Of a stretch of 64,000 bases of DNA, positions 58,901-64,000 are shown one piece after another (within the stretch, counting starts at the first letter, position 1; the number at the start of each line of letters is the position of its first letter). The stretch covers positions 1 to 64,000 of the forward strand of contig JAXMOL010000023.1 of the NCBI GenBank assembly GCA_034669905.1, written 5' to 3'. Below the pieces are notes generated by a model. It ran no database searches, was not told the DNA's origin, and saw nothing but the letters and a program-made list of their open reading frames with translations. Source of the stretch: Candidatus Hydrogenedentota bacterium. GTDB lineage: Bacteria; Hydrogenedentota; Hydrogenedentia; Hydrogenedentales; JAEUWI01. A program made the position numbers and the translations under genes.

Positions 58901-59993
58901 CCTCTGCCACCGGAAGTGCGCCAATCTTTTCCACCAGGAGATTGGCGGCCACTGTCACGCCTGCATCATCGCTACCGCCCACGAGGATAACATTCTTGCC
59001 GCCCCCCGTGGGGTTGTGGAGTGTGCGGAGCACGTGACCGCCCACGCCGGGATAGCGCAAATCGAGCAAGGTGTAATAGCGTTCATAGAGGGTCCCGAGC
59101 AGACGATTCGTCGAGCGGTTCCCCAGCACGATGAGGTGGTCGTCCAGGGCCAGTTCGGGTCCGAACTCCGTGTCCGGAATCATCCTCGGACGTACCCCGC
59201 CCCGGGCTTCGATGGCGTCGGCGATGGCAATCGCCGCACCCTCATAACGCCCATCCGCGGGCACCACTATCGGCGCGGCCACCCCGTCCGCCACCAGCGC
59301 CGTTTCCAGATAGAGGGGCTTTAGCGTGGTTATTTCCGGGGCCTTCGCCGAACCCAGGGCATCCATTAAGGGGGGGAGTTCTAACACTGTGTGGAGCCGT
59401 ACGTTGTCCACGAGCAGTTTCGGGGTCGGGCTGGCGTGGGAATAAATATAGACCATGGCGGAGGTCGTTCCCGGCGGGGCCACCTTGCCGATGATCGTGT
59501 CCGCCGCCGCACCACCGAGCCCCGGAATTAGACTCCGTTGAGCGAATTCCCCGGAAGGTGAGAAGCGCAACTGAAGATAGGAACCGCCGGGAGAAAGCTC
59601 GTCGAGGGCCTTCACCGAGACGGTGGCCATGTAGGCCGAGCCCCCTTCTGCGGGGACCTTCTGCCGCAGGCCCGTCTCGCCCGCCGGGTCATCATCTTCG
59701 AAGCGGAGCATCTTGGCCCCGTCGATGTCGCCGTCCACCACCGTGAGCTTGCGGTATTCGTCCAGGCCGCCATAGTTGCTCCAGCCCACAGGGACGCCAT
59801 TCTCCCCCACGCCGTCCTCGAACGAGGGATTGACGAGGAGGTTGGGACCATCGGATGTGGCGGCCATCGCACACGGGCAAGACAGGGCAACCACGGACAG
59901 GAGTAGCGAAAGGCCACAAAATTCGACAATTCGATTAAGTTGCACGGGTTGGTCTCCCCGGGGTGGGCATGTGGACACATTGGGTTGAATCAT
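55995..59993 (-). CDS. Large secreted protein: CBM4/9-like domain, helical catalytic-like core, C-terminal beta-propeller
   Basis: Signal-like segment; NLLVNPSFE CBM-type start; VILVGGSDDAG; FG-GAP-like DFDGDGEKE and DLDGDGTPE. Confidence 0.7.
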   Translation of the reverse strand: MIQPNVSTCPPRGDQPVQLNRIVEFCGLSLLLSVVALSCPCAMAATSDGPNLLVNPSFEDGVGENGVPVGWSNYGGLDEYRKLTVVDGDIDGAKMLRFEDDDPAGETGLRQKVPAEGGSAYMATVSVKALDELSPGGSYLQLRFSPSGEFAQRSLIPGLGGAAADTIIGKVAPPGTTSAMVYIYSHASPTPKLLVDNVRLHTVLELPPLMDALGSAKAPEITTLKPLYLETALVADGVAAPIVVPADGRYEGAAIAIADAIEARGGVRPRMIPDTEFGPELALDDHLIVLGNRSTNRLLGTLYERYYTLLDLRYPGVGGHVLRTLHNPTGGGKNVILVGGSDDAGVTVAANLLVEKIGALPVAEGALILGRLMELQLGEGIEVPTDIDRFPTWEDSAGYGGIGYFGWNSISKRMALYYMTGDEFHAREVVRLAFPDDQAKAEIGEIDGERIENKDAPLSGPYHYNAHMMILYWDLIEESPLFTDEERLRVTNAFAKQLEHHGIKGAYRGPYAATPASVGSRHGQWTAISLYALGRYFAKDYEDPIWPVCEENGALHFKPLHEHAWVAGESDNLYWYTTGVAPILTYMMLSGDRVPLENGVLATLLRGHEALLAGKQNDWALRYGSIGYYHKAADLTQDGRWLDYVGHSGISLKPFRLGQSYWPDAALEPTLPVDLVDKWTVHPVPEGMWQQRKSGLPLGESFQFASYRSAPDASGDFILLDGLNGASRNPYHTFVLLELRLDGETMLEGYLNQIRTRADGLTEPVVAMDAALKKVEVLADVAIAVAEVPNMPFASWERTIVSKKGEYTIIADAVTTRIDTENFEIALSWETKENDWELDPARPSHLIATKAGAPAPVGTVSVSRAMKTNVQGKVATMTWVGPVKAGETEYIYSVVGRGDRGIALARLWEALATLSLPSAVQDALGPVAATRAPDRAYVAVVPSPQVAEALVPQVRVELGEAVVDLVSIPGEKGTLIAAAAGKTIHLITTEGEVVNTLQTDGPIRMLRWWAEHKLLLAGCADEKVIAFNEAGERRWEFVSEMDPAVFRAAKTYWFKSAPGHEGIHGLHTGVFLDGKSQAFVGSACTLEIIDEHGQLIKRMPQFWGKVSLFKIIPTAEDILTLLAARKYNGFNAVAMIDNKSLNPAPRGLHTVPEGHTYIGGWSSMNRYHLFFEDFDGDGEKELMSEINGSWNRVTVWDKYGTAKYDASFGPGDRIPALNIRDMDTADLDGDGTPEILVAEKTGLLVALTGKCERLWGVNVGGSPVVMGAHRPVDGNVPVIVVALEDGTVKALDSAGAVLKQGNVEGTPVCVEKLGDGSLALALDSGAVVLFRP

Positions 59994-60138
59994 TGCGAAT
60001 CGTCAAAGACAGGGACACCATCGCACGAACCCTCGTGCCTCGGGATCGCGCGGCACGAGGGTCTTTCTACGGGAAACCTTGTCGCCACACGCCGCCTACA
60101 GAAACCCTGCCTGTCAGAGCGAAAGGGGCATCACGTTG

Positions 60139-61200
60139 CTACACCTCTTCCCCGCATGCCCGGAGTATGGTCCGCTGCACCGCGTAGTCATGTTCATAGC
60201 CATAAGCAAACTCCGATTCATCGCGAATCGCCGAGGCGAAGTCTGCGAGATCCGCGATATGGCGGGGCAGGTGCGTAAAGGAGACATCCGATACGCCTTT
60301 GGGATGGTCACCCCAGGCGTTTCGCAGACTTAACTGGGCCGCTGGGGGTTCCAGGGGCATGAGCGTGACGGCACCATGGGTGCCCGTAATTTTAAAGCGA
60401 CGCCCTGCCCCGGAGTTGGGCTCTTGCACGGAAATATCAACGGTCACCATGGCCTTGTCGTATTCCAGCACCGCGAGGGTGTTGTCGCTGAGGTTGTCGT
60501 CGAAGTCGTTGTCGTGACGGAGGAAGCTGGTCACCTTCCTGGGCTCACCGAGGAGGAGCACAATCATGTCGATGAGATGACAGCCCAGCTCGAGCATGGC
60601 CCCGCCTTTGTGGAAAGCGATGCGCTCGCGGTTCGCGGGCGACAGGTCGGTGCACATGGTGGCATGGATGGTGGACACATCCCCCAGTACCCCTTCACCA
60701 TGCAGCTTGCGTATGAAGTCGAATCCGGGATTGTAGCGGTACATGTAGCCCATTTGAATATGCACCCCCTTTGCTTTCGCAGTATCGAGGAGGGTGCGAA
60801 ACTTCGGCAGGTCGGTACCCGCCGGTTTGTCCATATAGAGGTGCTTTCCCGAAGCCACTACGGACTGGCCGAGCGCCAACAATCGGGGCACATCACTTTC
60901 CACTGCCACCATTTTGATGTCCGGGTTCTTCAGAATTTCATCGTGGGACAGCCACTGGGTCGCTGCGTGGAGGGTTTGTCCGGCGTGGGCTTTGCGCACC
61001 TCTCCATCGGGTTCGCAGATGCCAACGAGGGCGAAATCCGGCGAATTGCGGAGCCCCTTTACGATGCTCCCCGCATGGGCATGGCCAAGTCCCAGGATGG
61101 CACACGGGATCTTTGGGGTCGTTTTATCCTGGGCTACCGCGCCCAACTGCGTCGCGGCTAACACGCCTGCCGTGCTGCCGATAAAATCACGTCGATTCAT
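60139..61200 (-). CDS. Tat-exported Gfo/Idh/MocA family oxidoreductase
   Basis: MNRRDFI; LGLGHAHA; HLYMDKP; GYMYRYNP; ELGCHLID. Confidence 0.9.
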   Translation of the reverse strand: MNRRDFIGSTAGVLAATQLGAVAQDKTTPKIPCAILGLGHAHAGSIVKGLRNSPDFALVGICEPDGEVRKAHAGQTLHAATQWLSHDEILKNPDIKMVAVESDVPRLLALGQSVVASGKHLYMDKPAGTDLPKFRTLLDTAKAKGVHIQMGYMYRYNPGFDFIRKLHGEGVLGDVSTIHATMCTDLSPANRERIAFHKGGAMLELGCHLIDMIVLLLGEPRKVTSFLRHDNDFDDNLSDNTLAVLEYDKAMVTVDISVQEPNSGAGRRFKITGTHGAVTLMPLEPPAAQLSLRNAWGDHPKGVSDVSFTHLPRHIADLADFASAIRDESEFAYGYEHDYAVQRTILRACGEEV

Positions 61201-61298
61201 GAAATAGCTCTCCGATGGGATGGGATATCTGCCGATCAATTTGATGGGTTATACGGTACCGTCACCAGCCACGGGATGCAAGCTGGCGTGTGGAAGGA

Positions 61299-61690
61299 TT
61301 TTTAACCACAAAGAACGCAAAAGACGGGCGCGTAGTTGGCATATGATATGGACTTGGACGACGCTCTCTGAAAAAGAGAAACTTTCACCACGAAGGACAC
61401 GAAGAGCACGAAGAAATGAAGGAACGAGATACAAGACGCTCGTGGCTATGGCCCGCCGTAGCAACTGATACGTTGGCTCCAGGCAAGATGGGTAGGGACA
61501 CCATCGTGGGCTGGTGCAAAACGGTTTTTAACCACAAAGAACGCGGAGAACACAAAAAATGGCTCGAACCATGGCGTCGGTATGTTAGCTAAACAACAGC
61601 AACGTTCCATTGAATGATTTTCAAAGAGACCGTCGCCCACACCATCAGCCGGAAACGTTTTATCTTTGTGTTCTCTGCGTTCTTTGTGGT
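61299..61690. repeat. Cluster of ACCACAAAGAAC-type periodic repeats including a 26-bp inverted pair
   Basis: Copies at ~61299-61324, ~61383-61413 and 61531-61556, with an inverted copy at 61665-61690. Confidence 0.8.
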
Positions 61691-61776
61691 CCAAGTCATT
61701 GCGTGTGTCCCATGGCTACTGCTACCCTACAAGATGTCTAATACGGCTGCGGCATACAACCAGGGAGCGTCCTACC

Positions 61777-62541
61777 ATGTACCGAGATTATCCGGTCGCC
61801 ACAATCCTGTTGGTAGCGATATTGATTGCGGGCATTTTCCTGGTAAGCGACTACGTCGCAGACCAATCAGAACGGGAGACGGGGCGCTATTCCGTCCTGC
61901 ACACCGATGGGAGCCCCGTCCCGGATAGCGAATTGGATTGGCTCCAGCAGGCGGCAAACACGCTGGCGTATGAAGCCGACGATACGTTTCTTCAGCAAAC
62001 CATTCAATCCGACGGACTCGGCGGAGCCTTTGTGCAGTGGACTGCGGGGAGCTTCGGACCAGGTGCTGTTTTCGGCAGCGCATCCGCCTCGCCAGCGGCC
62101 TATCCCCTCACGCCCCCCATGGCATCCTACTACTTGGATAAAAACGGGAACATTGTACTGCACACCCCGACGGACGCCCAGGTGTTTATGCCCTTCTATG
62201 AGGGGCTGGCCACCGTGGGCGTTTTCCCGGTGGATGCATCCTCGGAAATTTTGGAACCGGAGTTCCGCTATATCAACCGCGAAGGCAATACCCTGCTGAC
62301 ACCCGACTACGAGCAGGTGGAACCGTTCTCGAATGGCAGGGCCGCTTTTCTGGTGGAAGATCGCTGGGGTTATATGGACACGAAGGGCAATGAAATCATC
62401 CCACCTTTGAACCAACTGCCCATCCCCTTCTTAGACGCTAAGGTGGCCGTCGTCCACATGGCCGCGATCGATGATTCCAGTTATCATTTCACCTTGACGT
62501 TGGACGAAGCGGGTAACGCGATCTCGACAGACAGAGAATAA
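61777..62541 (+). CDS. Membrane-anchored WG-repeat protein
   Basis: N-terminal TM; FYEGLA, YINREG, FSNGRA, WGYMDTKG; GGGAG RBS. Confidence 0.8.
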   Translation: MYRDYPVATILLVAILIAGIFLVSDYVADQSERETGRYSVLHTDGSPVPDSELDWLQQAANTLAYEADDTFLQQTIQSDGLGGAFVQWTAGSFGPGAVFGSASASPAAYPLTPPMASYYLDKNGNIVLHTPTDAQVFMPFYEGLATVGVFPVDASSEILEPEFRYINREGNTLLTPDYEQVEPFSNGRAAFLVEDRWGYMDTKGNEIIPPLNQLPIPFLDAKVAVVHMAAIDDSSYHFTLTLDEAGNAISTDRE

Positions 62542-62545
62542 GACC

Positions 62546-63412
62546 ATGGCATACGTCGAACAACATGAGAACGGAGCAGAAGGCTCCAGCGAGCAGAAAC
62601 GAAAAAAATCAAACACCACGCCGACGCGTCTCTTGCTTCGGGCCAGTATCGCCCTCACGGTCATCTCGTTGCTGGGCGCTCTCTTCCTCCTGATTCTGCG
62701 CCCGGCGGGACAGCAGCTCGGTTGCCAGCAAACCCTCCGCTATACGTGGCACATGCTGTTCGAAGACTACTTTGAGAAGGACGCGGAAGGAAGATATCCA
62801 CCGCTGAGCGGGGTGCCCGGTGTATTCGCGCCGGATTACGATGCCGTAAAGCCCTTTATTTCAGAAGAGAATGGGGTACAGCTTTTTTGTCCGACAGCCC
62901 ACACGACCCACGGCAATCTATCGGTTCAAGCACAACTTCGCCAGCCCACCTATGCCTATTTCGGATATGTGTTTCATAAGGAAGATGAGCTACTCGCATT
63001 CCTTGAGCGCTACCCCATGTTCATCACGGAGGGGGCCGACTTCAACGATGATTTGGTCGCCCCGCCGGGTAGAGGTTCCTTTGGTGGGGATATGTTTCGT
63101 CGACTCCGCAAGGGTGGCGTTTCCCCAGGCGAGCAGGAGATGGTGCGCAATCCCATCGTACTCATGGAAATCCCCCATCAAGAAAAGGAGAAAACGCTTC
63201 CCCATCCAGGGTACAAGGGGAATACGTTGGAATCAGGAGGCAGTATGAAATCCATCACATACGGAGAATCCTACCCCATGACGCCAGCAATCATTGCTAG
63301 AATTTGCGAACTACGTTTGATGTACGCAGACGAAGATTCGGCTACCACCCGCTATCCATTCACCACAACGGTGGACGAAGCGAAAAACCAAATCTCGGCA
63401 GAGGGAGAATAA
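62546..63412 (+). CDS. DUF1559-like membrane-anchored protein (degenerate)
   Basis: Single TM, C-QQTL, YPPLSGVPG, LFCP, YAYFGY; similar to the C-terminal domain of 51796-54003. Confidence 0.7.
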   Translation: MAYVEQHENGAEGSSEQKRKKSNTTPTRLLLRASIALTVISLLGALFLLILRPAGQQLGCQQTLRYTWHMLFEDYFEKDAEGRYPPLSGVPGVFAPDYDAVKPFISEENGVQLFCPTAHTTHGNLSVQAQLRQPTYAYFGYVFHKEDELLAFLERYPMFITEGADFNDDLVAPPGRGSFGGDMFRRLRKGGVSPGEQEMVRNPIVLMEIPHQEKEKTLPHPGYKGNTLESGGSMKSITYGESYPMTPAIIARICELRLMYADEDSATTRYPFTTTVDEAKNQISAEGE

Positions 63413-63416
63413 GATC

Positions 63417-64000
63417 ATGGCATTCGTTGAGCGACATGAGCGTGTTAACAAAGAATCTCGCAACGGACCCCCGAGGTCAGCAAAAGATAGTCGCAACCGT
63501 ATCGTGCTTTGGAGCAGCATCGCCCTCGTCGCCATCGTTTTCTGTGTGGTCGCCGCGGGGAAGGTCTACGCAGTGAGACAACAGGTGTCCTGCGGTGTGA
63601 CGCTCTCCAAGTCTTGGGACTTGGCGCTCCATATGTACAGCAACGGCCACCCCGACAAGTTATTCCCACCCTTGAGCGATACGCCCGGTCACCTCTTCAT
63701 GAATATGTCCGATGTCTATTCCGCCTACGTCACGGACAAAGACCATCCCCTTTTCTGCAGTGCTTCCGAACAGGCTTTCAAAAGCCTGCCGATGGACGCA
63801 AAGTTTGCCCACTCGACTTACGTCTATATCGGGTATGCCTTGCAGAACGAGGATGAACTACTGGCCTTCCTGGACGCCTACCCCGGATTCATTGAGGCAG
63901 GCGCAGACTTTCAAACGGACCTGCCCGCTCCGAAAGGGCGAGGTTCTTTCGGCGGCGACCAGTTTGTCCGGCTGAACGCGGACCACCGCCCGGATGGCCC
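63417..64000 (+). CDS. Paralog of 62546-63412, truncated by the window end (absent from the ORF track)
   Basis: Manual translation MAFVERHE...FPPLSDTPG...LFC...YVYIGY..NEDELLAFL..YP..GADF..DL.AP.GRGSFGGD is open to the end. Confidence 0.85.
   Translation, partial: MAFVERHERVNKESRNGPPRSAKDSRNRIVLWSSIALVAIVFCVVAAGKVYAVRQQVSCGVTLSKSWDLALHMYSNGHPDKLFPPLSDTPGHLFMNMSDVYSAYVTDKDHPLFCSASEQAFKSLPMDAKFAHSTYVYIGYALQNEDELLAFLDAYPGFIEAGADFQTDLPAPKGRGSFGGDQFVRLNADHRPDG

Noticed and set aside
60029..60062. 11-bp stem ACCCTCGTGCC/GGCACGAGGGT as a terminator
   Set aside because: No U-tract on the coding (minus) strand; function unclear.

Overview
GC-rich bacterial chromosomal window. The gene families (Tat-exported Gfo/Idh/MocA oxidoreductases, DUF1080, a PVC-type heme protein, DUF1559-like pilin-associated proteins, several GHL/DUF187-like TIM barrels) suggest a PVC-like or Candidatus Hydrogenedentota-like organism; this is inference only. 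Most genes encode secreted or periplasmic proteins probably acting on carbohydrates. Regulators include YtrA-like GntR with an ABC ATPase, LacI, MarR, PocR-AraC and a binding-protein/histidine-kinase pair. rpoN, a yycJ-like gene and pilC are also present. No rRNA, tRNA or CRISPR array was seen. The most unusual non-coding structures are: (1) two solo Y1/HUH TnpA genes without tnpB, each bracketed by its own family of long inverted multi-hairpin REP-like arms, the second sitting between two direct-repeat blocks made of 117-bp tandem units; (2) a sigma54 promoter with an approximately 380-nt structured leader before pilC; (3) a sigma54 site overlapping the sigma70 promoter of rpoN; (4) several further families of intergenic palindromic or periodic repeats. 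All product calls come from motif recognition by eye, not database searches.
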